Assembly: GCA_963765205.1 (NCBI GenBank) | Contig: CAVXVB010000011.1 | Span: forward strand, 96,001-160,000 | Length of the DNA stretch: 64,000 bases | Direction: 5' to 3' | From: an uncultured Verrucomicrobiae bacterium | GTDB taxonomy: Bacteria > Verrucomicrobiota > Verrucomicrobiia > Opitutales > JABDGR01 | In this document: positions 17,735-27,815 of the stretch, in pieces | How the letters are laid out: each line of letters begins with the position of its first letter | Numbering within the stretch: position 1 is the first letter of the stretch | Translations under genes and position numbers: made by a program | The notes under the pieces: model-generated | What the model saw: the letters and a program-made list of their open reading frames with translations, nothing else | Told to the model about the DNA's origin: nothing | The model's database searches: none

Positions 17735-19552
17735 ATGCCAGAACACGATGCCCCCCACCCCGCGGATGCCGCGGACGAACTTTACGAAGGTCATGAATCC
17801 GCCGATGCCCCCGCGCGCGAGCGCCCGGCCCCGGCCAGCACCGGGCTGTCGCCCGAGGACCAGATGCGCCAGCGCCCGGACGAACCGGACCCGGAGCTGA
17901 TCCCCACTGGCGAACTGCGCGACGAGGCCCGCCTGCGCGCCAAAAAATCCCGCCCGCTGCTCAAACGCATCATTGATACTTTTCGCGGCGAGGAAAACCG
18001 CGCCTACCGCGAGCTGATCATCAACGCTGAGCCGCTCGAAAAGCGCGTTGCGCTGCTGGTGGACGGCGTGCTCGAAAAATATGAAGTCGAGCGCAAGGGC
18101 GAAAACCGCCTCGTCAGCGCCGTCTTCAAAGGCCGCATCCAGAACCTCGAAGCCGGCCTCAAAGCTGCGTTCGTGGACATCGGCCTGCCCAAAAACGCCT
18201 TCCTGCATTATTGGGACATTCTCCCCGCCGCCAACGACAGCGCCGTCGAAATCGTCCGCGAAAACCAGTCCGAGGAACAACGCCGCCGCGCGGAGAAAAT
18301 CTCGCTCAAGGACATCCCGCGCCTTTACCCAATCGGCACCGACATCGTGGTGCAGATCACCAAGACGCAAATCGGCACCAAAGGCCCGCGCACGACGACC
18401 AACATCGCCCTGCCCGGCCGCTTCGTCGTGCTCATGCCCTTCTCGGGCGGCTGCGGCATCTCGCGCAAAATCGAGGACCGCCGCGAGCGCGAACGCCTCA
18501 AAAAAGTGCTGCGCGACCTGCAGATTCCCGAAGGCATGGGTGTCATCATCCGCACCGCCGGCGAAGGCAAGAAGACGCGCTACTTTGTGCGCGACTTGTA
18601 TATGCTGCTCAAGTGCTGGGAGGAGATGCAGGAAAAGATGAAGTCCCCCAAGCCCGTCATGCTCTACCAGGAGCCGGACATCATCGAGCGCACCATCCGC
18701 GACTTCCTGACCGAGGACATTGACCGCGTGCTGGTGGACAACGACAAGGACTACGAGCTGATGCTCAAGCTGGTCGGCGAAATCTCGAAGAACTCGATGA
18801 AGAAAATCCAGCGCTACCGCGAAAGCGTGCCCATCTTCGAGCGCTACAACATTGAGCGGCAAATCGAACAGACCTTCCAACGCCGCGTGCCGCTGCCCAG
18901 CGGCGGCGAAATCGTCATCGAGGAGACCGAGGCGCTCGTGGCCATTGACGTGAACACGGGCGGCCATAAAGGCTCGAAGGACGCGGGCAACTTTATCACC
19001 CAGGCGAATCTCGAGGCCGCGAGCGAGGCCGCGCGGCAAATCCGCCTGCGCAACATCGGCGGCCTGATCATCCTGGACTTCATTGACATGAAGCGCCCGC
19101 GCGACCGGCAGGCCGTGTATAACCGGATGCGCGAGGAAATGGAAAAGGACAAGGCCAAGAGCCACGTCCTGCCCATCTCGGCCCTTGGCATCATGCAGAT
19201 GTCCCGCCAGCGCCACGAGCAGTCCATGACCTCGGGCATTTACACCGGCTGCCCGTATTGCCACGGGCGCGGCATCGTGAAAAGCCCGCGCTCGATGAGC
19301 GTCGAGATTCAGCGGCGCCTGCTCTCGCATGTGCGCCGGCTGCGCACCCGTTCCGAAAACCAGGGCCGCGAGCTGCGCTTCCGCATCCTCCTGCACCCGG
19401 CCAATCTCGAGCGCCTGCGCACGGAGGACGAACAACACCTGCTCGACTTCGAGCAGGCCTACCACGTCAACCTCGCCTTCCGCGCCGACCCCTCCTACCA
19501 CGTCGAAAACTTCAAGCTGCTCGACGCGGACACGGGGGCGGAGTTGCGGTGA
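17735..19552 (+). CDS. Rne/Rng family ribonuclease
   Basis: [59 protein letters not shown]. Confidence 0.95.
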   Translation: MPEHDAPHPADAADELYEGHESADAPARERPAPASTGLSPEDQMRQRPDEPDPELIPTGELRDEARLRAKKSRPLLKRIIDTFRGEENRAYRELIINAEPLEKRVALLVDGVLEKYEVERKGENRLVSAVFKGRIQNLEAGLKAAFVDIGLPKNAFLHYWDILPAANDSAVEIVRENQSEEQRRRAEKISLKDIPRLYPIGTDIVVQITKTQIGTKGPRTTTNIALPGRFVVLMPFSGGCGISRKIEDRRERERLKKVLRDLQIPEGMGVIIRTAGEGKKTRYFVRDLYMLLKCWEEMQEKMKSPKPVMLYQEPDIIERTIRDFLTEDIDRVLVDNDKDYELMLKLVGEISKNSMKKIQRYRESVPIFERYNIERQIEQTFQRRVPLPSGGEIVIEETEALVAIDVNTGGHKGSKDAGNFITQANLEAASEAARQIRLRNIGGLIILDFIDMKRPRDRQAVYNRMREEMEKDKAKSHVLPISALGIMQMSRQRHEQSMTSGIYTGCPYCHGRGIVKSPRSMSVEIQRRLLSHVRRLRTRSENQGRELRFRILLHPANLERLRTEDEQHLLDFEQAYHVNLAFRADPSYHVENFKLLDADTGAELR

Positions 19553-19582
19553 AACCGCGAATTCGCCTGCCCCAGCCGATAC

Positions 19583-19617
19583 TTGACAAACGATAAAACG
19601 TCACGTAACGTTTTATC
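19583..19617 (+). promoter_or_regulatory. Sigma70 promoter with palindromic operator, predicted leaderless transcript
   Basis: TTGACA (19583)-N17-TAACGT. IR GATAAAACGT-CACGTA-ACGTTTTATC (19592-19617) abuts ATG 19618. Confidence 0.8.
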
Positions 19618-20169
19618 ATGGCGGGGATATCGCGTGACTTGATTATGCGGGCGTTGCGGCGGCTGGGCGAACTCGCCCTCGCCGAGGGCTTGACGCTGGA
19701 GTTGTGCCTCTACGGCGGCACCGCCCTCATGCTGGCTTATGGCAACCGCGCCGCGACCCGGGACGTGGATGCTTCCATAAATCCACGCGAACACGGAATG
19801 CGCCTGGCAAAAATCGTTGCCGTCGAGCTGGGCCTCCCGGATGACTGGCTCAATGACCAGATGAAGGTCTTTTTTGCACCCATCGGCGCCCGGCGCGCGC
19901 TGCCTTTGGACATACCCGGACTAAAGCTGTATATTGCAACCGCCAGTTATTTGCTGGCGCTTAAAGCCCTCGCCTGCCGCCTGCCCAATCCGCGCCGCCG
20001 GGGCGACTTGGAGGATTTGAAATTTCTCATCCACAAAATGGAAATCACCTCGCTGGACGAAATCCAGCGCCACATTGACCGATTCTATCCCGACGACGTG
20101 CCGACGCCGGCCCAACAGGAAATCATGAAAGGCATTATTGAGGAGGTGGCCCGTGAACGTAAAAAATGA
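19618..20169 (+). CDS. Nucleotidyltransferase-fold protein (DUF6036-like), putative toxin
   Basis: LYGGTALML...TRDVD, LPDDWLND, YLLALKALACR, DLEDLKFL. Confidence 0.75.
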   Translation: MAGISRDLIMRALRRLGELALAEGLTLELCLYGGTALMLAYGNRAATRDVDASINPREHGMRLAKIVAVELGLPDDWLNDQMKVFFAPIGARRALPLDIPGLKLYIATASYLLALKALACRLPNPRRRGDLEDLKFLIHKMEITSLDEIQRHIDRFYPDDVPTPAQQEIMKGIIEEVARERKK

Positions 20170-20713
20170 ATATCGCTATCGTCCCCGGTTTAAACCGGAA
20201 AAAGACCGCGAGCACCGCCGCCCCTACACCTTAAAGGAAGCGGCGGAGTGGTCCCGCACGCCGGATGAGTTCGGCTTGAACACGGGCGATTGGGAACATG
20301 AAATCACCCGACGGATAACCAGCCGCCCCGAGCTGGCTGCGCGCCTGGCGGAAGCGCCGCCACTCCTCGCCGGAAAATTCCCCGAGGGCGATGTTTACGA
20401 CGCCTACATGGCCGCGCTCGCGGAATGGCTCTCCGACCGCAATCACATCCCGCGGCCGGAATGGGTGTATGACAAACGCCGCATGGCGCGCGAGCCGTGG
20501 TTTTCGACGCCGACCTACGCGACCCTGCTCGTGCATACGCCCGCTTCGTTCAAGCAACGCAACATCTTCACCATTCCCGAACCGCTCTTCCGCCCGCGCG
20601 CGGGCCGGCCCAAGGCGCCGGAGTGGGAGAAGCGCGAGAAGGCCGCGCTACGCCAGAAGCGCTACCGCGACCGCGTCAAGGCGCTCCTTAAAAAAGCGCG
20701 CGCTAAAAAATAG
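20153..20713 (+). CDS. Partner protein of the nucleotidyltransferase, putative antitoxin with basic C-terminal helix
   Basis: Overlapping GTG start, DAYMAALAEWL...PEWV...PWF...TPASFKQRNIF, tail GRPK...AALRQKRYRDR. Confidence 0.65.
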   Translation: MNVKNEYRYRPRFKPEKDREHRRPYTLKEAAEWSRTPDEFGLNTGDWEHEITRRITSRPELAARLAEAPPLLAGKFPEGDVYDAYMAALAEWLSDRNHIPRPEWVYDKRRMAREPWFSTPTYATLLVHTPASFKQRNIFTIPEPLFRPRAGRPKAPEWEKREKAALRQKRYRDRVKALLKKARAKK

Positions 20714-20797
20714 CGACGTTTGGCCGTCGGCGCGGTTTAATCGGTCATCCCGTCCCCCCCGCCGCCTTCGTCCTTCCGTTGCCCGTCTGCTTTCGTC

Positions 20798-21703
20798 ATG
20801 CTTGCCCCGATTATGAAAGCCCCGGAAGAGATTGCGGTCAAAGGCGCCGAGGCCGGGGGCATCGCCGGCTTGTTCATCGGCGTGGCCAACGCGGTCTGGA
20901 CCTGGCAGCTAAACGGCGCGGGCTGGATCACCCTGATCGAGGTGGCACTGCAGGTCGTGCTCTGGACGTTTGCCGGCGTGCTGCTCGGCGGCGGGGTGGC
21001 GTGGCTCGTCCTGTGGATGGCCGGGCGCAAATTTGGCGCGGGCGCGGCAACGGGCGCGAACCCGGGCGCCGACCTTGTTTTATTCAAATCGAATTCCTTG
21101 CGCTGTCTCGAAGCCGAGACGCATAAAAGCTACCTCGAGATCACCGGCCATGTGGCCGCCGTGGACGTGCATCTGGACGCCGCCGAGCAGGAATTTGCCG
21201 AAGGCGCCTTTGCCCCGTTTTGGGACGAGGTCGAGCACGCCGCCAACGAACTCGCGGCCTATAAAAACGAAGTCGAGCACCTGCGCCGCAGCGTCCACGC
21301 CTATCAGGACGAGGCCGTTGATCTGGAAAAAATCACCGGCGCGGCCCCCGAGCTGAATTTCCCGCGCGACCAACTGCCCGACGCCCGCCCCGCCGCTGCG
21401 CGCTTCGCCGCCATCGTGCGCAAGGCGCAGACGAATTTCCAGTTCGCGGTGATCTTCGAGCAACGCAAAACGAACCACCTGCTCCATTCCGGCTTCGGCA
21501 CGCTCGGCGCGGCCATCCACACCCTCGGCGAATCCATCAACCACTCCCTCGACACGCTCACCCAGACGCTCAGCACCAAGTCCATTGGCTGGTCGCCGAA
21601 AAAGGCCCTCGAGCGCCAGTTCATGAAAAATTCCGCCGACCCCCAGCAAGAGCAAGCGGACCGCATTGAACGCATTCACCATCACGGCAAGCCGGGGCTT
21701 TGA
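20798..21703 (+). CDS. Hypothetical membrane protein with helical C-terminal domain
   Basis: Two N-terminal hydrophobic segments; codon usage like core genes. Confidence 0.65.
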   Translation: MLAPIMKAPEEIAVKGAEAGGIAGLFIGVANAVWTWQLNGAGWITLIEVALQVVLWTFAGVLLGGGVAWLVLWMAGRKFGAGAATGANPGADLVLFKSNSLRCLEAETHKSYLEITGHVAAVDVHLDAAEQEFAEGAFAPFWDEVEHAANELAAYKNEVEHLRRSVHAYQDEAVDLEKITGAAPELNFPRDQLPDARPAAARFAAIVRKAQTNFQFAVIFEQRKTNHLLHSGFGTLGAAIHTLGESINHSLDTLTQTLSTKSIGWSPKKALERQFMKNSADPQQEQADRIERIHHHGKPGL

Positions 21704-21803
21704 CTAAACCGCAGGCTTGCCCCGGGGCGGCCGGGTGTTTAGCAAGTAACCCAGCACTAGGAACTAGAACACCAAGAACTAGCGCACCAGAAAACTTCCC
21801 CCC

Positions 21804-22856
21804 ATGCCCCATCGCGTCCTCATCCTCGGCGTCAACGGTTTCATCGGCAACAGCCTCACCTGGCACATCCTCAACACCCACGACTGGGAGGTGTATGGCA
21901 TGGACATGGCGGCGAACAAGCTGGAGCACTGCATGGAGCACCCGCGCTTCAAGTTCTTCGAGGGCGACATCACGATCAACAAGGAGTGGATCGAATACCA
22001 CGTCCGCAAGTGCGACACGGTGGTGCCCCTCGTCGCCATCGCCACGCCCGCGCTCTACGTCAAGGACCCCATCCGCGTTTACGAACTGGATTTCGAGGCC
22101 AACATCGAGATCGTGCGCAAATGCGTCAAGCACCGCAAGCGCCTCGTGTTCCCCTCGACCTCTGAGCTTTACGGCATGTGCCCGGACAAGGAATTCGACG
22201 AATACACCAGCAACCTCGTCCTCGGCCCGATTCCCAAGCAGCGGTGGATTTATTCGTGCATCAAGCAGCTCCTTGACCGCGTCATCTACGCCTACGGCGA
22301 GACGGTGGGGCTGGACTACACGCTCTTCCGCCCCTTCAATTTCGTAGGCCCCAAACTCGACGACATCAACGAGCCGAAGGAAGGCTCCTCGCGCGTCGTC
22401 ACGCAATTCCTGCACAACGTGATTCACGGCCGGCCCATCAAGCTCGTGGACGGCGGCCACCAGCGGCGCTCTTTCACCTTCATTGACGACGGTGTGGACG
22501 CCATCACGCGCATGATCGAAAACAAAAACGGCTGCGCCTCGAAGAAAATCTTCAACGTCGGCAACCCGAAAATGGATTTCTCCGTGCGCGAACTCGCGGA
22601 AATGCTCCTCGACCTCATCGCCAAATACCCCGGCTACAAGGACGTGAAGAAACGCATCAAACTCGAGGAAGTCACCAGTTCCGAATATTACGGCGCGGCC
22701 TACCAGGACGTGACGCACCGCGTGCCCTCCGTCAAGGAAGCCGAAAAGCATCTCGGCTGGAAACCGACGACGGACCTGCGCACGGCGCTCAAGCTCACGC
22801 TCGACTACCATCTGCTGCACAAGGACTACGAATTGAACAAAATGCAGACTCGGTGA
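21804..22856 (+). CDS. UDP-glucuronate oxidase/decarboxylase (stand-alone ArnA C-terminal domain)
   Basis: VLILGVNGFIG, PLVAIATP, FPSTSE, RWIY...KQLLDRVI, FRPFN, GSSRVVTQ, LVDGG.QRRSF. Confidence 0.9.
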   Translation: MPHRVLILGVNGFIGNSLTWHILNTHDWEVYGMDMAANKLEHCMEHPRFKFFEGDITINKEWIEYHVRKCDTVVPLVAIATPALYVKDPIRVYELDFEANIEIVRKCVKHRKRLVFPSTSELYGMCPDKEFDEYTSNLVLGPIPKQRWIYSCIKQLLDRVIYAYGETVGLDYTLFRPFNFVGPKLDDINEPKEGSSRVVTQFLHNVIHGRPIKLVDGGHQRRSFTFIDDGVDAITRMIENKNGCASKKIFNVGNPKMDFSVRELAEMLLDLIAKYPGYKDVKKRIKLEEVTSSEYYGAAYQDVTHRVPSVKEAEKHLGWKPTTDLRTALKLTLDYHLLHKDYELNKMQTR

Positions 22857-22865
22857 GTGGCCTGC

Positions 22866-24623
22866 TCAATTCGTCAGTTCCGCCGACAAGTCGAAGTGCT
22901 CGAAGGCGTGGCCGAGGATATAAATTGCGGTGGCGCCCTCAATGGCCAGCACGGCGGCCCCGGCCAGCGCGCCGAGCGGCACGGCCACGGTCGGGCCGAC
23001 CACCAGGCCGACGAGAAAAAATACCAGCCAAAAGATCAGCCCCGCGGGCAACACGGCCACGAACAGGACCACCATCTGGCCGAAGACCAGGATGATGTTT
23101 TGCCCGAAGTTCTCGATGCCGCGCGGCGCGTTCTTGTCGAACCGCACCCAACTCGGCATCACCAGCGCCACGGCGTTCGGGATGATGAGCATGACCAGGT
23201 CAACCGCCGGGGCGACGAGGGCGGCGGCCAGCGCAAGGCTCACGCGCAAGCCCAGCGGAACCCCCGCCCCGGCCGGCCCGCCACCCTGAGTGAGCAGGCT
23301 GGCGGCCCCCAGGATGAGCAGCCATTGCCCCACCGTTAAAATGACCACGGGCGCGAGCAGCTCGCCGAGCACCACTTGCCAGCCGGGCAGCGGGTAGAGT
23401 TTGAGTTGGTCCATGAGGCGGATGTCCATGCGAAAATCCATGCGCAACAAATTTTGCCCGATGAACATGCTCACCATAAACAACATCAAGCAGAGCACTC
23501 CGGCGAATTGCGCCGCGTTGGCGTTGCCCCGCCCTGGGTGCAGCATCGTGACAACGACGAAGCCAATTAATCCCAGGCGCAGCAGCATTCGCGGGGAAAA
23601 GAAGCTCCCGGCCAGGATCAAATTCTTCCACAAAAACGCCACCGACGGCAGGCCGAGGGGGGCGAGCGGGAAGGGCGCGCGCCGCGCTTTGGTCGGCGTC
23701 AGGCCGCGGCCGCGCCACTCCCGCATGGCCGCGATGCGCGTCGCCAGTGTTTGCGAGTAAGCCAACGACGCCTCCTCGAACGCGACATCCGCGCGCATCA
23801 CGAGGATATAGTGCAGCGCCAGGATCGCCAGCGCCGGGCCAAACGCGAGGAGGAAGGACCCGGCGTCCGGCGCGAAATAGGGCCGCACCACCAGCCGGAA
23901 GGGGTAAAGCAGATACGGCGTGACGCCGGCGGAAAGGATGGTCCGCATCCAGGCTACCACCTCGGTGAAGCTGGCATTATCCGGCGGCGGGCCGGGCCAG
24001 CTCCGCCAACTTGTCACAACCACCGCGCCCAGCGCCACCGCGAGGCCGGTCAAAATTATCGCGCGCCGCTTCCAGTTGGTGATGCCGCGGTCGAACAGCA
24101 TCGAGCGCGCGAACGAGGCCGCGATCAGGTTCAAATTCAACGTCGAGAGGATGACCCACCAGCCCAGCACGGAAATCCAGACGTGGCCGCCGTAACGCCA
24201 GCGGCCCAAAATGAGGGTGAGGAACAGCGTGGAAAACAAAATGCCAAGCTGCGAGCGCACCAGCTTGTAGTGGATCAGCCCGCGGCGGGTGATCGGTGCG
24301 GGAAACAAAAAAGCCACCTCCGCCTCGGAAAACGCCAAGGCCGCGCGCTCGTTGGGCAGCAGCCAGCCCAGCAGCATGAAGCCCAGCAGGAACACCGCGG
24401 CGACGGACTCCAACCCCGCGGCCAGCGCCGAGCCGGCCAGCAGCGAATTCGCGGGGTCGGCGCGAACCGAACCCAGAAAAACGATCCAGGAGAAATAAAA
24501 CACGAAATACGCCCCGCCAATGATGGCGCCAATCAAGTATTTCGGATGCTTGAGCCGCCCCAGCCGCGCGCGCAGGCGGTTGCGGATCGAGTTAATTTGC
24601 AGGTAGAACAGCGCGGAAATCAT
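22866..24623 (-). CDS. Putative ABC exporter permease
   Basis: Many TM segments, FSEAEVAFLFPAP; overlaps the ABC ATPase by 4 nt. Confidence 0.8.
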   Translation of the reverse strand: MISALFYLQINSIRNRLRARLGRLKHPKYLIGAIIGGAYFVFYFSWIVFLGSVRADPANSLLAGSALAAGLESVAAVFLLGFMLLGWLLPNERAALAFSEAEVAFLFPAPITRRGLIHYKLVRSQLGILFSTLFLTLILGRWRYGGHVWISVLGWWVILSTLNLNLIAASFARSMLFDRGITNWKRRAIILTGLAVALGAVVVTSWRSWPGPPPDNASFTEVVAWMRTILSAGVTPYLLYPFRLVVRPYFAPDAGSFLLAFGPALAILALHYILVMRADVAFEEASLAYSQTLATRIAAMREWRGRGLTPTKARRAPFPLAPLGLPSVAFLWKNLILAGSFFSPRMLLRLGLIGFVVVTMLHPGRGNANAAQFAGVLCLMLFMVSMFIGQNLLRMDFRMDIRLMDQLKLYPLPGWQVVLGELLAPVVILTVGQWLLILGAASLLTQGGGPAGAGVPLGLRVSLALAAALVAPAVDLVMLIIPNAVALVMPSWVRFDKNAPRGIENFGQNIILVFGQMVVLFVAVLPAGLIFWLVFFLVGLVVGPTVAVPLGALAGAAVLAIEGATAIYILGHAFEHFDLSAELTN

Positions 24624-25405
24624 GAGGGGAGGATGGGCGGTGGCACCACGGGCGGATTTTCGGAACCGCCGGGCGGCGGCGCGGGCGCGTCGCCGGTGGC
24701 GCTGAAAAAGATGTCCTCCAGATTCGCGTCCGGCTGCGTGGCGAAGCGCCGGGTGATTTCCGCCATCGAGCCGTGCGCTACCATCTGGCCGGCTTTGAGA
24801 ATGAGGATGTGCGTGCAGATTTCCTCGACGAGGTGCAGCAGGTGCGAACTTAAAATGACAGCGCCACCCTCGCGCGCGCGCTGGGTGATGGAGGCCTTCA
24901 TCTTGCGGATGCCCAGCGGGTCGAGGCCGGTGAGCGGCTCGTCAAAATACATGGCCTTGGGCGAATGGAGCAGGCCACAGGCGATGGCGAGTTTTTGCTT
25001 CATCCCGCGCGAGAGTTCGGCGGGCAGGGCGTCGCGCTTGTCCGTCAATTCCAGCTCGGCCAGCAGCGCCTCGCCGCGCGGCGCGTAATCGGCGACTTGG
25101 TAAATCCGCGCGATGAACACCAGGTGCTGCCAGACGGTCAGGTAATCGAACAGCCGCGGTTCGTCCGGAAAAAACGCCAGTTGCGCCTTTGCGCCAATCG
25201 GGTTTTGCGCGAGGTCGCACCCGTTGATCACGATGCTGCCGCGCGTCGGCGGGATCAGGCCGGCGAGGCAGCGCAGCGTAGTCGTCTTGCCCGCGCCGTT
25301 GGGGCCGACCAACCCCATCACTTCGCCGGCACGCACAGTGAACGACAAGCCGTTGACGGCCACAAAGGCGCCGTAGAGTTTGGTGAGGCCGGCGATTTCA
25401 ATCAT
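24620..25405 (-). CDS. ABC transporter ATP-binding protein
   Basis: GPNGAGKTT, LSRGMKQK, DEPLTGLD, SSH. Confidence 0.95.
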   Translation of the reverse strand: MIEIAGLTKLYGAFVAVNGLSFTVRAGEVMGLVGPNGAGKTTTLRCLAGLIPPTRGSIVINGCDLAQNPIGAKAQLAFFPDEPRLFDYLTVWQHLVFIARIYQVADYAPRGEALLAELELTDKRDALPAELSRGMKQKLAIACGLLHSPKAMYFDEPLTGLDPLGIRKMKASITQRAREGGAVILSSHLLHLVEEICTHILILKAGQMVAHGSMAEITRRFATQPDANLEDIFFSATGDAPAPPPGGSENPPVVPPPILPS

Positions 25406-25432
25406 AGGGTGAAAAAATAGGGAGGGCGGCGC

Positions 25433-26707
25433 TCAATTGGAGGGCGGCGCCGGCTTCGGTGGCGCGGGCAGGCTTTGTGCGCCGAGAAAAGGCGAGAATG
25501 AGCCCGCCTCCGGGGTCTGCATGGGCGGGGGGGCGGGTTCGGGCGCGGAAGTGGGCGCGGGTGGCTTCGGCAGCGCGGGTAGGGGCGTAGCCGTCGGCGT
25601 CGGCACCGGGCTGTCCGTCTGCGCTGTCACTGTCGGTGACTGGTGCGGCTGCGGGCGGTAAACTGGCGCGGCGCTCAAGCCCGGCGGCAGCGGTGGCGCG
25701 TCCGGCTCAACCGGCGCGCGGACGAGCGCGGGGGGCGCAACGGGACCGGAATCACCGGCGATCGAATAGTGGATAGCCTGCTCCAGACTCACGGCAAAGG
25801 TCACATCTGTTTCCGTCATGCCGGCCATGATGTCGCCCGACTGGCCCTGATGGTCCACCAGGACGCTTTGCTTCAAATCATATTGGCCCGGCCCGGGCTT
25901 CAGCGGCGCCGTTACCGTCAGCTTGAAACTCACCAAGGAAGGCCGCGCGTGGATGCTGGGCAGAAAAGGCGGTTTCACATCGCCCAGGGTATATTCGCTA
26001 TGGACGATGCCGCGCGGGGCGCCCGAACTGTCGGAAATCACCTTGAGAAACGACACGCCACCCGCCACCCCACGCACTCCCGGAAACAGGTCGGCCAGAT
26101 CCGAATTCAGCATGGCCTTTTCATTGACCGGCCATTCCGCGCCGGCAGCCACCGGGTTGGGCGGCCCGAGCCAATCGTTGCTCGTGCTGCGTTCGTCCCC
26201 CATCGGAATGAGGACGCTCAGCCGGGCCGCAAGTTGCGCGCTGGGTGCCTGGCCATTGATGGCGAACGCGATTTGCCCGTCCTTTTGCTTCCGCGCGCCA
26301 ATGATGGAGGCGGCGGGAATGAGTTCCTGCACATGGCCGGCATTGTCCACCACGACACAACGCGTGACGAGGAACTCCGCTTCACGCAACGAACCGTTTT
26401 TGAAGACTTCCCGCGCCAGCGCCAGATCGGCCGAAAACCGGACGACAAAGTCGTCCTGGGCATTTTCCACATCGTCGTTGCGCAAATCGGGGCCGCTCGC
26501 CTGCACCCGGCGGTTGGCCTTGTCCACGCGCATCAAGCTCTGGTAGGTGGCGTTCGCGCTATAGCTGAAGACCTGCCCGGCGGTGAATTGGGGACCCAAT
26601 TGCGGGCGGTATTTTTCACCCGCGGGCGCATTGTCCGCCGCGGCCAGCAGCCCTGCGGCGGCGAACGCGGCGCAGGCGAGAATCACTCCGGGGCGCAATC
26701 GGTGCAT
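25433..26707 (-). CDS. Exported hypothetical protein with Pro-rich tail
   Basis: Signal peptide; shares P.F..GQ.FS and GP..PVA.G..WPV motifs with the neighbouring gene. Confidence 0.65.
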   Translation of the reverse strand: MHRLRPGVILACAAFAAAGLLAAADNAPAGEKYRPQLGPQFTAGQVFSYSANATYQSLMRVDKANRRVQASGPDLRNDDVENAQDDFVVRFSADLALAREVFKNGSLREAEFLVTRCVVVDNAGHVQELIPAASIIGARKQKDGQIAFAINGQAPSAQLAARLSVLIPMGDERSTSNDWLGPPNPVAAGAEWPVNEKAMLNSDLADLFPGVRGVAGGVSFLKVISDSSGAPRGIVHSEYTLGDVKPPFLPSIHARPSLVSFKLTVTAPLKPGPGQYDLKQSVLVDHQGQSGDIMAGMTETDVTFAVSLEQAIHYSIAGDSGPVAPPALVRAPVEPDAPPLPPGLSAAPVYRPQPHQSPTVTAQTDSPVPTPTATPLPALPKPPAPTSAPEPAPPPMQTPEAGSFSPFLGAQSLPAPPKPAPPSN

Positions 26708-26780
26708 GGGCGGGGTGGGGCATTCTGCCCACTGGCCGTCATTTTGGAAAGGCTAAACCAACTCCTTCCCCGGCGCGCGC

Positions 26781-27707
26781 CTAAAGATAGGTAACGACCG
26801 AAGTCTTTTTCTGTTCGCCGCTGGTCGATATCTTCAGTTGAACGCCCTGCTGGTCGCCATGGGCATCCAGCTTTATCGTCATGCTGGTGCTTTCCTTGTC
26901 GGTGCCTTTGGGGACGGCGGGTATGGTGCCGTCAATTTGCATCGCGCCGCTGGAAGAATCAATCGTCATCGTCACGCCCGGGGGCAGGGGCGGCTTGACT
27001 CCATCCAATTTGACCTGGCCGGAAACCGTGATGACCTGGCTGTCACCCGTGCCGGTGAGACCGTCCAGCTTCATGGTGCCGTTGATGGCCGCGACATCAC
27101 CAATCTCTTCCTTGAAGGAGGCAATCAAAGCCGCCGAATCCACCGGCCAGGTATCGCCGATGGCCACGGGCGCCTTTGGCCCAAACAAGGTTTGGTCAGT
27201 GTGTTTTTCGTCGCCCAGGTCAAAAACATCGCGCAAAACTTTTGCAATGCCGACATCGGCGGGCTGGTCGTTGACCGTGACGCTGGCGTCGGTGCCGGTT
27301 TTTGCCACCACGATTTTGGCGCCCGCTGCCGGCAGGTTGGGCAGGGCGGTCTTGTCGTTCGTGGCCGTGATGCTCTTGAGCGTGAGGGCGATTTTCTGGG
27401 GGCTGCCATTGGGATACACCGCCAGGATTTCGCCATCCGCCTCGATGTGCGCCGACATCTCCGTGTTCTGGTTCTGGTCTTGGGGCGTGGGCATGCCGGG
27501 AATGGTGATCGCAATTTTGGTTTGCTCGGAATGGGACAAATCCGTGACCACGGAAAATTTCTGGCCCACTTTGAATGCCGGGCTTAAAGCAATCGTATAG
27601 GTCTTCGGGGTGGCGGGAGCGGCGGGTTCGTTGCTCTTCGAACAACCCACCAGCGCCGTCAAAGCCAGCACGGAGGTGAGGGTGGAAAGGCGGAAGGGTA
27701 GCGACAT
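26781..27707 (-). CDS. Hypothetical lipoprotein, paralogue of 25433-26707
   Basis: Lipobox LVGC; motifs PAFKVGQKFS and GPKAPVAIGDTWPVD. Confidence 0.72.
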   Translation of the reverse strand: MSLPFRLSTLTSVLALTALVGCSKSNEPAAPATPKTYTIALSPAFKVGQKFSVVTDLSHSEQTKIAITIPGMPTPQDQNQNTEMSAHIEADGEILAVYPNGSPQKIALTLKSITATNDKTALPNLPAAGAKIVVAKTGTDASVTVNDQPADVGIAKVLRDVFDLGDEKHTDQTLFGPKAPVAIGDTWPVDSAALIASFKEEIGDVAAINGTMKLDGLTGTGDSQVITVSGQVKLDGVKPPLPPGVTMTIDSSSGAMQIDGTIPAVPKGTDKESTSMTIKLDAHGDQQGVQLKISTSGEQKKTSVVTYL

Positions 27708-27815
27708 GGGGAACGAAGGCTGAGACCACCCCCCCGCCACTGTCAACCCCATACTATCCTATCTCCCCGTCCCGTCCCCTCCGGGAGGCTTCCCCTCGCT
27801 GTCCAACATTCCATT

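Noticed and set aside
17717..19501. Long antisense ORFs (e.g. 17717-19501, 32278-34110, 35061-36599, 42056-43678, 57979-59400, 59650-60990)
   Set aside because: These are shadow frames opposite well-recognised genes in GC-rich DNA, with no motifs of their own.
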